A stretch of 64,000 bases of DNA from an uncultured Gammaproteobacteria bacterium (GTDB lineage Bacteria; Patescibacteriota; Patescibacteriia; UBA1558; S5-K13), in the NCBI GenBank assembly GCA_964640635.1, contig CAZXFD010000003.1, forward strand, positions 1,149 through 65,148. Direction: 5' to 3'. How positions within the stretch are numbered: position 1 is the stretch's first letter; every line of letters starts with the position of its first letter. Made by a program: the position numbers and the translations under genes. Under the pieces are notes generated by a model. It did not search any database. It saw nothing but the letters and a program-made list of their open reading frames with translations, and was not told where the DNA came from. This document shows, piece after piece, positions 37,391 to 46,211 of this stretch.

Positions 37391-39292
37391 TTAAAAAGAC
37401 CTAACAGCACGAACATAAGTCCATCTAGTGTCCTTAAGTTGGTTGGATATACTTGAAACTGTAAAATGCTTGCTCCAAGCTGAATTTACCCCACCCTCAG
37501 TAGAACTCCAGTAATAATCTGCACTAAAACCACCAATTATTACTCTATTTATATAAAGCAAAGTTAACTCATCTAGACTTGGCAAATACCAATCATCATA
37601 GCCGCCACCGTCATAAGCTCGAGCTTTGCCTGCCGCATAAGTATTATCATCAACACCATTTTGAGCAATTATTCTGTCTGTATTTGTCGCACCGCTCCCC
37701 AATGTAGTGTCAGTACCTCCTGGTACAGCAGTGGATTGATAAGCGACTTTAGCCCAAATAATACCAGCACTCTGATTAACTGTTGCAGCTATTAATCCGT
37801 GTATTTCTCCCTCCACATAACCAAGATCTCCGTCTTGAAAAATATAAGCAATCTTACCGCCTTGATATTCATCGCCAATAACCAACATAGAATTCCATTT
37901 AGCATAAAGAGTGACATCTTCTGTCCCGATAGTATAACTTGCGCCATCAGCATATCCAACGACTCCATCAGTTGTAGTGGCCCATCCTGCAAAAGTATAG
38001 CTAGTTCTAGTAAAACCGTTAGCTGTCAAATTTGTTGGTGTATTATAAATCAATGTTTGACTAGCGGTAGCACCACCATCTCCTCCATTAGTGTCAAAAG
38101 TAACAGTATAGGTGTTGATTGTCCACTTGGCGTAAAGAGTGACATCTTCCGTTCCGATAGTATAACTTGCGCCATCAGCATATCCAACAACTCCATCAGT
38201 TGTTGTTGCCCAACCAGCAAAAGTATACCCTGTTTTCGTAAACCCATTTGCCGTCAAAGACGTTGGTGTATTATAAATCAATGTTTGACTAGCGGTAGCA
38301 CCACCATCTCCAGAATTAACATCAAAGGTTATGGTATAGGTATTTATTACGAATATAGCAGAGGCAAATTTATTACTTGTAACAGAAGTGTCTGTTCTTT
38401 CTGCTGTTAGAATACCATCACTCCAGCCAACAAAACTATAGCCAGCATCTGGCACAGCAATAACAGTAGAGCCACTACTACCACTATTTATGGTTTGAGA
38501 AGTATTACCAGAAATTGTTCCTCCAGTACTAGCGGTATAGACAAGAGAATAACGAGTAACAGTAGCTCCACTAGGAATAAATGTGAAAGGATTATAAAGC
38601 AAGTTAACACCACAAGCAACTTTAATATTTTCTACATTAGATTTATTTATCACTCCAATACCATTATTAACATAACAAGTTTGATTTATATAATTTGATT
38701 TAACTGTTATGTTATAGCTTGCGCCATCTGTTAATAACGTAATAAATTTAAAATTACTATTATCACCCAGATTAATAGCTAAATCATCTTTGCCATTGTT
38801 TTGCAAGACAACTGACCCAACAATACCAGTTATGCTACCTCCTATAGTATAATATTCATCTTTGATATTTCGATTAGATTTATTTTTGATTTTATCTGTT
38901 GGTAGACTATTATCGACCTTGTTTTCTAATGACTTGGAAATTGCTGGTAATAAATTCAATATATTATTTACTACATTTCTAGTAATAGAACCGAAATATC
39001 CCGCAGCTGGAGTAATTTTGTTGGCTTTTTGAAATTTTATAAGAGCATTTCTTGTAGATAGTCCAAAAAATGTTGTTTCTTTCCCCAACGAACCAAAACC
39101 AGATTTGTTTAAGACAAATCCATTATTATTCAAGAACTTTTGTAATTCTTTGACATCATTATTTATGTTACCTGTTTGCAGATTTTTATTAAAAACAAAA
39201 GTATCGCTAGCCTGAACTGATTGGATTAAAATAAAAAATAGCGCAAAAACAATTGTAATTGTAAGCGCTAGTAGCTTTTGCTTTTTAAACAT
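37391..39292 (-). CDS. Surface protein: peptidoglycan-binding domain, InlB B-repeats and C-terminal DUF1566-like domain
   Basis: DVKELQKFLN..FG..TRNALIKFQ; F..TGYTFAGW...TLYAKW repeats; DWYLPSLDEL, YWSS, VRAVRSF. Confidence 0.85.
   Translation of the reverse strand: MFKKQKLLALTITIVFALFFILIQSVQASDTFVFNKNLQTGNINNDVKELQKFLNNNGFVLNKSGFGSLGKETTFFGLSTRNALIKFQKANKITPAAGYFGSITRNVVNNILNLLPAISKSLENKVDNSLPTDKIKNKSNRNIKDEYYTIGGSITGIVGSVVLQNNGKDDLAINLGDNSNFKFITLLTDGASYNITVKSNYINQTCYVNNGIGVINKSNVENIKVACGVNLLYNPFTFIPSGATVTRYSLVYTASTGGTISGNTSQTINSGSSGSTVIAVPDAGYSFVGWSDGILTAERTDTSVTSNKFASAIFVINTYTITFDVNSGDGGATASQTLIYNTPTSLTANGFTKTGYTFAGWATTTDGVVGYADGASYTIGTEDVTLYAKWTINTYTVTFDTNGGDGGATASQTLIYNTPTNLTANGFTRTSYTFAGWATTTDGVVGYADGASYTIGTEDVTLYAKWNSMLVIGDEYQGGKIAYIFQDGDLGYVEGEIHGLIAATVNQSAGIIWAKVAYQSTAVPGGTDTTLGSGATNTDRIIAQNGVDDNTYAAGKARAYDGGGYDDWYLPSLDELTLLYINRVIIGGFSADYYWSSTEGGVNSAWSKHFTVSSISNQLKDTRWTYVRAVRSF
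37905..38312. repeat. Intragenic direct repeat with 228-bp period (B-repeat duplication)
   Basis: taaagagtgacatctt... at 37905 and 38133, near-identical over most of the unit. Confidence 0.9.
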
Positions 39293-39555
39293 AAAAACAT
39301 AAAATATTAATTAATATTGCTACAATTATAACATAAGCCTATCTTATTTGAAAAATATAAAATCCAAGAAATATCATATACTTGAATCTCCACTATACTA
39401 AATTGTCTGCCCTTCAATTCAGTCGCTCAGCTCCTTCACTCAGGACATTCGATGTCTATCATTTTAAAATGTAAATGCGGTCGAAGACCATCTTTCGACA
39501 ATGAGTCTCAAGACCGAATGGTGAACGAAGTTCTACAAAGCGGAACGAAATCGAA

Positions 39556-39617
39556 TGGCGCTGGGGCAGAGCCCCACACAATTTCACTCCGTTCAATTTG
39601 CGGGGTAAAATTCGAAC
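39556..39617 (-). other. tRNA 3'-end-like fragment interrupted by a short palindromic insert
   Basis: Reverse complement reads gttcgaat[insert 39572-39608]ctctgccccagcgcca. Confidence 0.5.
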
Positions 39618-39664
39618 TTAAATTGATTCATTAACTAACAATTACACTAAATCCAAAAAAACCT

Positions 39665-39689
39665 GTGGCGGAGTTTCCGGGATTCGAAC
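39665..39689 (-). other. Displaced tRNA-Ser 3'-end copy (att-like direct repeat)
   Basis: gtggcggag...gggattcgaac resembles 41141-41165 of the intact tRNA. Confidence 0.7.
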
Positions 39690-39804
39690 ATCCTCGTGCT
39701 AGCTCTAAGACCCTATTAAATAAGTTTTTTTATTATATATATTTAATTTATGGCTCTATTCCATAAATAGCAAAAATAGTTTTGTTATTTCAAATAAGAA
39801 TTTG

Positions 39805-40386
39805 CTAATCAACTTGAATAAACGTTCTTCCATCAGGTGTTGCACATTTAGGTGGATTGGATTTCATAATAGAAAATCCAGCCCTAATACAATCGTCAAA
39901 ATCTATAATTGTAGCTAAGAGTTCGCTACATCTCTCATGACTAGTTATATCACTTTTAGGCAGACATTCTCTTAGTTCGTTGAGGATATTATTTTCATTA
40001 TTTTTGATTTCTTCAGTAATGTTCCAAAGTGAATAAGATCGTGAATAATATTTATGTGTGACTATAACTCTATTCAAATTATCTTTTATGAAAAAATAAC
40101 TAGACCCCATTTGTTCCGTAAAATCATAGCCATTATCTTTCATGAAATTTTTAATAACATTTTGACCATTTTTACTCTTGGTCATGTATCTATTTTCTTT
40201 ACTAGATAACTTAACTATAGTTTTGCTTGTAAAATTCAATTGAGTTATCCCTTTCATCTGTGGCCATGGATTGCCCTCCTGAAAGATTATTGAAGAGTAT
40301 AAAAATAAAAAAGCACCCATAACTAAAATAGCTGTAAAGATAAACAACAATATTTTTTTCTTTTTCGATAAATGTTCTAAAATCAT
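39805..40386 (-). CDS. Membrane-anchored hypothetical protein
   Basis: N-terminal TM; C-terminal F.DC..AG..IM.S.P.KC.TPDGRTF motif. Confidence 0.7.
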   Translation of the reverse strand: MILEHLSKKKKILLFIFTAILVMGAFLFLYSSIIFQEGNPWPQMKGITQLNFTSKTIVKLSSKENRYMTKSKNGQNVIKNFMKDNGYDFTEQMGSSYFFIKDNLNRVIVTHKYYSRSYSLWNITEEIKNNENNILNELRECLPKSDITSHERCSELLATIIDFDDCIRAGFSIMKSNPPKCATPDGRTFIQVD

Positions 40387-40397
40387 AAAATTAAATT

Positions 40398-40592
40398 TTA
40401 TTTATCAAAAATAAATAACTTATCTATGCTTGTTTTGAGTGATTTGGCGACATCATGAGCTAGATTAAGTGATGGGTTATATTTGCCCTGTTCGAGAAAG
40501 ATAATAGTCTCACGCCTAACTCCAGCTTTCTGGGCTAATTCTTCTTGAGTAATACCTAATTTTATTCGTAAATCTTTAATTTTATTTTTCAT
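40398..40592 (-). CDS. XRE-family HTH transcriptional regulator
   Basis: [26 protein letters not shown]. Confidence 0.92.
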   Translation of the reverse strand: MKNKIKDLRIKLGITQEELAQKAGVRRETIIFLEQGKYNPSLNLAHDVAKSLKTSIDKLFIFDK

Positions 40593-40974
40593 TACTATGA
40601 TTATGTTTACTATAATACTTAAAAATAATTGAATATGTCAACATTAAAAAACAGATAAAAAAAGCAAGTGTCATTGCTATTGGTTTATAAAATAAGTTTT
40701 TATCACTAAGAGCATAAAATATAAACATAACAATAACGCCAACCCAAGAAGTTAATTGAATAGCAAGCAATGCTGATTTTCCTCCAATTTGATAATCCCT
40801 TTCATCTGCTATTACATCTATAACTTTTTTTCTTAAATAAAAAAGAATCAAAGATGATATGCCTAAGACCATAATTGGTATAAAAAAATTGTGTAAAACT
40901 AGAGATTGGCTAAAGATTAAAGCAGTCATAAAAACTATACCCAACCTTATTCTATTGTATTTTTTAAGAGTCAT
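40582..40974 (-). CDS. DUF2178-family membrane protein
   Basis: DER motif after TM2; overlaps the XRE gene. Confidence 0.75.
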   Translation of the reverse strand: MTLKKYNRIRLGIVFMTALIFSQSLVLHNFFIPIMVLGISSLILFYLRKKVIDVIADERDYQIGGKSALLAIQLTSWVGVIVMFIFYALSDKNLFYKPIAMTLAFFICFLMLTYSIIFKYYSKHNHSNEK

Positions 40975-41141
40975 ATAATTTATTAATTATTTATAACTAT
41001 CTTTAATGTTAGAAAAATATAACATCGTTGTCAAGTGTGGATAAGTAAACAAAAAAATCGTCTTTCTAAAATGACGATTTGTAAATGTCTAGTATTAGCT
41101 ATAAAACCCCATAAAATAAGGGTCATCGTGCTATCACGAGG

Positions 41142-41229
41142 TGGCGGAGAGATAGGGATTTGAACCCTAGAGGGATTGCTCCCAAACGGTTTTCGAGACC
41201 GTCGCTTTAGACCACTCAGCCATCTCTCC
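41142..41229 (-). tRNA. tRNA-Ser (anticodon CGA) with encoded CCA
   Basis: GGAGAGATGGCTGAGTGGTCTAAAGCG-acggt-CT-CGA-AA-accgt, long variable arm, GGTTCAAATCC, CTCTCCGCCA. Confidence 0.95.
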
Positions 41230-41361
41230 AATCCTATTTCTATTAATCAATTACATAATTATTCAATTAATTCATTAGCCACCCCACCACATATCCTATA
41301 TTCTATATTCTATATTCTATTTAAGTTTTTGTAAAATAATAAAACATGCTATAATAAATAT

Positions 41362-41557
41362 ACCTGCTAATGAATATATCCTCCTTACGCCACAACTTCA
41401 ATAATCAGGTTGTATTTCGCGGAAAACCCCGCAACCAACAATGTTCAACCCGAAGCAATAATACCTTTGCTTCACACAATCCTACTCCTACGCCTGCTCA
41501 TATCCCGAATGAACACAAAGAGGGATCAGAAATACTCTGTATCCCTCTCTTTTTTTA
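41362..41557 (+). ncRNA. Candidate small RNA with anti-Shine-Dalgarno motifs
   Basis: Extended -10 TGcTATAAT at 41347-41355, several stems, terminator 41517-41557, CCUCCU-like motif twice. Confidence 0.45.
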
Positions 41558-41667
41558 TTCAAAAAAATCAAGTTTCAAAACCCGATTTTAAAATTTGCAC
41601 TTCAAACTTAACATTATTCCATCTAATTCTTACTTCAAACTTCATACTTCATACTTCATACTTCACA

Positions 41668-42600
41668 CTATATCCACTTATTCTTCACAAAAATATAAAA
41701 CGCACTCGCCGATATAATGAGAGTTATAAATATTACATAAACAAATGCCATTGGATTAGATGCAAATGGAATTCCAACATTCATACCAAAAAAAGATGAT
41801 ATTGTTGTAGGAATTGTCATGATAATAGTAAATGCCGTAAGAAACTGAATTGTCTTGTTTAATCTATTTGTAAAAATTATCTGATGAGATTCACGCAAAC
41901 TTTGAATACTTTTTATATTTACATTACAAACATCAACGCACTGCTTCATAGTAATTGAAACATCTTGAAATAAATCCGAATCATCTTCATAAAGTGGAAT
42001 ATATGAACCATTTGAAAGCGCGTCTAAAACATTTTTCATTGGAACAAGGGCTGAAATATATTGATTTAATATTTCTTCATTTTCTACTAATTTTGAAATA
42101 TCAGAATCTTTTATATTCTTCAAATTTGTTTTCTGAGACAACACCGTATTCCTAACGCTTTTTATTTCTTTATTAAATCTCTGAGAAATCTTTAGGAGTA
42201 TATAAATAAGTAACTTGCTTCTCTGCGTTGTTGAATATCCTATGCTCTTTTTAAAAATACTTGATATCGTTCTACTCTTTGTAATAGAAGATGTAATAAA
42301 ATATTTATCATTTATAATAATAGTGAGCGGATGAGTATGTAAAAGATCTTCTTCTTTATCACTTTTTCTTGGGCTTCTAATAAATATTATTGTATTATTA
42401 CCCTCTTGCCTTTCTATACGAGGAAGTTCGTGTGGATCAAGAGAATCTTCTAAATCTTGTTTATTAAGCCCCGTTATTTTTGCAACAAAATCCAAATCTT
42501 CTTCTTCAGCATCTTCTATATTTATCCAAGCACCATCTCTCACTTCTTTTATTTTTTTGAAGTCTTTACTTTTTGCTGGCTTGAAATAAATATTTATCAT
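41668..42600 (-). CDS. corA: Magnesium transporter CorA family
   Basis: FFGMNV signature between two C-terminal TM helices. Confidence 0.9.
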   Translation of the reverse strand: MINIYFKPAKSKDFKKIKEVRDGAWINIEDAEEEDLDFVAKITGLNKQDLEDSLDPHELPRIERQEGNNTIIFIRSPRKSDKEEDLLHTHPLTIIINDKYFITSSITKSRTISSIFKKSIGYSTTQRSKLLIYILLKISQRFNKEIKSVRNTVLSQKTNLKNIKDSDISKLVENEEILNQYISALVPMKNVLDALSNGSYIPLYEDDSDLFQDVSITMKQCVDVCNVNIKSIQSLRESHQIIFTNRLNKTIQFLTAFTIIMTIPTTISSFFGMNVGIPFASNPMAFVYVIFITLIISASAFYIFVKNKWI

Positions 42601-42604
42601 AATT

Positions 42605-44830
42605 TTATTGAACGTTTATAGAAAAATGTCTTGATAATTGTTTGTCTATCAAAACTTCTTTATAATTAGATCCATACTCTAATTGAAAATAAATAGGGTA
42701 TTGTTTTTTTGCTGTTGGTGCTTTTAGCTTAAATGTAAACGTATATTGCTCTCCTGGTTTTACAATACCACTTACCTTACTTATTGCCATAGGAGAAATC
42801 CAGCTATTATCATAAAAATAGCTTGCTGAAAAAGGCATTGTACTTTTATAAGATCTAAGAACAAAGCTATTATCCCAATTTTCTGTTCCTGTATTTTTCA
42901 AAATCACCGTAACCATCTTTGTCTCTAGTGAGCTCATGCTCGTTGGTATGCTTGCAGCAACAAGCTCTGCAGCTTGTGCGCTAGCACTTGTTTGTGTATT
43001 AGTTACTACATTAGTGCCTTGAGTAGACACACTTGTGCCAATCGCATTCTTGTTTACGTCAATAATAAATTTCTTTGAAAGAGTATCGTCTATAATTATT
43101 TCTTCATATTTCTTTCCCCACTCTAATTGTAAATACAAATTATATTTTCCTACTTTTGTAGGTGCCTTTATTCTAAAAGTAAATGAATATTCCTCTCCCG
43201 GACTGACAACTCCATCTATCTTATCTGCTACATAAATACTTTCCCAACTAGAATCTCTAAAAATACTCTTATAAAATGGGCTTATTTTATCGTATGCTCT
43301 CAAAACTAAATTCTTATCCCATTTTTGACTTCCAACATTTTTTAGTTTTATAGTTATTGTTTTTGTTTCTCCTGGCTTCATGCTACTTGGAATGTCATTG
43401 TTTATTGTTTGGGCACCAAGCTTTACAGAAACAGAAACATTTCCATCGTAATCGCCAGAGGAAAATTTATTTAATTGTTTTGTATTTATTTGTTTGTATA
43501 ATGATAAAGAATACTTACGAGATCCAACACTTTTTGGGATATCTGAAAATACAAAGCTGGCAGTAGCACCTGGAGCAACTTTAGAGTTAATCATAGACGC
43601 ATAATGCTCCTTATTATCTAGATCTACCCATTTTAATTTTGTATCATTTTTATTCCATGTTACTGTGCCAATATTTTTGTATTTGACTGTAAATGTGTGT
43701 TTTTTTAATAGCTCTAAATTAGCATCTATCCCGCCTACATACTCACCTTCATACTTAAATTGTCTTGTTACCGTAAAATTTACACCACCGTCTGCAAACC
43801 AACCCTTATTTCCTAAAACAAGCATATAACTTAATGACTCTGTTTTATTATAATTTGGCTCAATAGGTATAGTAATTCTAAGCACCTCTCCTGGCTTTAC
43901 GCTTGTTTTTTGAGAATAAACTTTTACATCTTTTGCTATTTCTGGAGTTATTGCAAAAGCACTCGTCTGATTTATCATTGGAATGTTTGGTTTGTAGTTC
44001 GAACTAAGTATATACAAATTTTTTAAATCTTCATTATTCCAAGTTTCTGTTCCAATATTCAAATATTCTGCCCAAAAGTATCCTGTTTCTCCTTCTTTTA
44101 TAGTTAAATTTTTCTCTTCTGTATTTATAAGCTGTGCCATATATCCAGTATAGATACTTGCGCTAGTATCACGAGCAGATGAAAGTGGATCACCAAAATA
44201 TCTTTGCCATATAAGCCAAAAAGTATAATTACCATGGAAATGTGGAGTATATGTATATAGGTTTGCGGTTGCTTGAGTTTCAAAAACAACAGTTTCCCCA
44301 TCTATTGTATATGTTTTTCCTGCTCTTTTTATAAAATCATAAATACTATTTTTATCAGAATAGAATCTCATTGCTCCTGCTGTATTGTCCATTTGTTTTC
44401 CAAAGCCTTTGTATTTCTGAATTTTTGGATCATCCATAGAACAAGAATCACAAACTGCATATCCAGCTGCCCAATCAAGTCTTTTTTGTGTAGGACTTTG
44501 CATTTGAATAAGTCCTTGTTCTTTTTGCAAAGTTACAAGAATATATTTTGGATTTACTTGATAACGTTGTGCTGCATCATAAATAATTTCAGCTGAAGTT
44601 TTCATAACACCTTGATAATCTGGACTTATGTATGTTGCAAGATATGAATTTTTGCTTTGCAAAAAACTCTGAATCTGAGAAACATTCATTGAATTGTAAT
44701 CAAACATCTGAAAATCTGAGATAATTCTTCCTTTTGCAAAATCAGGATCATATTCTTGAGAATTAATCTTATCTGCAAAAAAATAAGCGCCGATTAGTAA
44801 CAAAAAAATTGTAAAAAGTATTTTTTTCAT
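42605..44830 (-). CDS. Secreted protein: lysozyme-like N-domain plus repeated NBR1-Ig-like domains
   Basis: IIYDAAQRYQVNPKYILVTLQKEQGL, LYTYTPH; repeated KNxGxxxW...V.PGE...F. Confidence 0.7.
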   Translation of the reverse strand: MKKILFTIFLLLIGAYFFADKINSQEYDPDFAKGRIISDFQMFDYNSMNVSQIQSFLQSKNSYLATYISPDYQGVMKTSAEIIYDAAQRYQVNPKYILVTLQKEQGLIQMQSPTQKRLDWAAGYAVCDSCSMDDPKIQKYKGFGKQMDNTAGAMRFYSDKNSIYDFIKRAGKTYTIDGETVVFETQATANLYTYTPHFHGNYTFWLIWQRYFGDPLSSARDTSASIYTGYMAQLINTEEKNLTIKEGETGYFWAEYLNIGTETWNNEDLKNLYILSSNYKPNIPMINQTSAFAITPEIAKDVKVYSQKTSVKPGEVLRITIPIEPNYNKTESLSYMLVLGNKGWFADGGVNFTVTRQFKYEGEYVGGIDANLELLKKHTFTVKYKNIGTVTWNKNDTKLKWVDLDNKEHYASMINSKVAPGATASFVFSDIPKSVGSRKYSLSLYKQINTKQLNKFSSGDYDGNVSVSVKLGAQTINNDIPSSMKPGETKTITIKLKNVGSQKWDKNLVLRAYDKISPFYKSIFRDSSWESIYVADKIDGVVSPGEEYSFTFRIKAPTKVGKYNLYLQLEWGKKYEEIIIDDTLSKKFIIDVNKNAIGTSVSTQGTNVVTNTQTSASAQAAELVAASIPTSMSSLETKMVTVILKNTGTENWDNSFVLRSYKSTMPFSASYFYDNSWISPMAISKVSGIVKPGEQYTFTFKLKAPTAKKQYPIYFQLEYGSNYKEVLIDKQLSRHFSINVQ

Positions 44831-44860
44831 TGATTGTATTATAGCAGACTTTGGCCTATC

Positions 44861-44979
44861 AAAAAACCCTCCCCCACACTTAGAAAAATTTCATCTGATT
44901 AAATATTATTATATTAAAAAACACGGCCTTTTTAATAAACCGTGTTTTATTTTGATAAATCTTTTCTAAGGGTGGGGGA
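44861..44979. repeat. Long inverted-repeat element (CCCTCCCCCAC family), copy 2
   Basis: tcccccacacttagaaaa / ttttctaagggtggggga arms (17/18) with internal aaaacacgg...ccgtgtttt hairpin. Confidence 0.8.
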
Positions 44980-45816
44980 TTATTTAATTTTGTAGCTCAA
45001 GTTTGTCTCAACTAATACTTCATAAGTTCCTGTTGGAATGTTTGGCGTGACACTTCCTCCTGCACCCATACCACCCTTGCCATAATCAGAGTAAACTGCT
45101 TCTGATACTGGAGAAATATAATTTTCCCACATTCCTACTATTTTTCCTAGCTTTACTCCAAGTGACTTTTCAATCTCTTTCGATTTTTCTTTTGCATTTA
45201 GTATTGCCTTAACACGAGCTTCTTGTTTTAAATTATCAATATTAGAATTTTCAAAAACAACTCCACTTATTTGATTAGCACCTGCTTTTGTTGCCTCTGA
45301 AATAACCTTTGAAATTAAATCTTGATTATTTTGAATATCCTTTACCTTTATCACAATACTTTCATTTGCATTATACCCACTTACCTTTGAAATATTATTT
45401 ACATAATCATAGTTTGCATAAAGATTATAATTCTGTGTTTTGATATCTTCTTTGAGAATGCCAAGTTTTGTAACAGCTTCAATAATTTTGTTTGTTTTAT
45501 TATTCAATTGATTTAGTGCATCTTCTGCTTTTGCAACTTTATCAATTTGAACACCTAGTGTTATGTTTGCTGTATCTGGCTCATAGGAAATTCTTCCTTG
45601 CCCTACAACAGAAATCTGAAATTGATTTTGATTTACAATCCTATCTCGCAGTATTGATACAATAACAATTGCACCAAGCACTATAATTGCAAAAAAGACT
45701 AATGCAATTTTTACTTTTTTCCTACAACCAGACTCAGATCCACATCCACAATCACAATTAGAATCACATTTACAATTATCTCCGCACTCACACTCCATTT
45801 TTTTTATTTCTTCCAT
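44980..45816 (-). CDS. SIMPL (DUF541) domain protein with Cys-rich N-terminus
   Basis: ISVVGQG....PD.A...LGV, GANQISG, AR.KAI.NAKEK. Confidence 0.88.
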   Translation of the reverse strand: MEEIKKMECECGDNCKCDSNCDCGCGSESGCRKKVKIALVFFAIIVLGAIVIVSILRDRIVNQNQFQISVVGQGRISYEPDTANITLGVQIDKVAKAEDALNQLNNKTNKIIEAVTKLGILKEDIKTQNYNLYANYDYVNNISKVSGYNANESIVIKVKDIQNNQDLISKVISEATKAGANQISGVVFENSNIDNLKQEARVKAILNAKEKSKEIEKSLGVKLGKIVGMWENYISPVSEAVYSDYGKGGMGAGGSVTPNIPTGTYEVLVETNLSYKIK

Positions 45817-46093
45817 AATATTAGTTTCATAGCTAGATAGCTTCGTAGCTTCGTAGCTAATATTAATTATTAGTTCATTATATAGCTATTATAGCAGAAA
45901 ATATAACATCATACACCCTTGAAGCCATAAAAAGCCTTGTTAAGCCAATATTAAGATGTTTAACTATATTTTAAACCTATAAAGTGATTATTCATATTAT
46001 AAAAAACTACAAGACTAAGTAGCTTTAATAAAATACTAAATTCTAAACAATATCTAAATCCTAAATTATAAATTACAAACTATTTGAAAAATT

Positions 46094-46204
46094 AAAAAAT
46101 CAGTGTTCGAGTTGTATCGAGAACCTGATTTTTTTATTTAACCTAATTTATCAGCTTCTCGACTCCACCCATTCGACAAGCTCAGGGTTTCGCTCGAAGA
46201 CTGA
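46094..46204. repeat. REP-like double-hairpin element, copy 1
   Basis: aaaatcagtgttcgag..tcgagaacctgatttt plus tcagcttctcgactccac..cgctcgaagactga; also at 62517-62605. Confidence 0.85.
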
Positions 46205-46211
46205 ATGACAA

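Larger units (their letters stand above)
39692..41141. mobile_element. Non-autonomous tRNA-Ser-targeted islet
   Basis: Bounded by a tRNA 3'-end duplication and 23-bp imperfect terminal inverted repeats (19/23). Confidence 0.6.

Noticed and set aside
30418-39292. Classical integron cassette array
   Set aside because: No intI and no recognisable attC (RYYYAAC...GTTRRRY) hairpins; spacers are short and AT-rich
39452-39634. 60-aa ORF
   Set aside because: Made of repeat and tRNA-fragment sequence
41031-41231. 66-aa ORF
   Set aside because: It is a translation of tRNA-Ser
41370-41799. Plus-strand ORFs of 73 and 129 aa
   Set aside because: They run through a terminator and heptamer repeats, and the longer one overlaps corA
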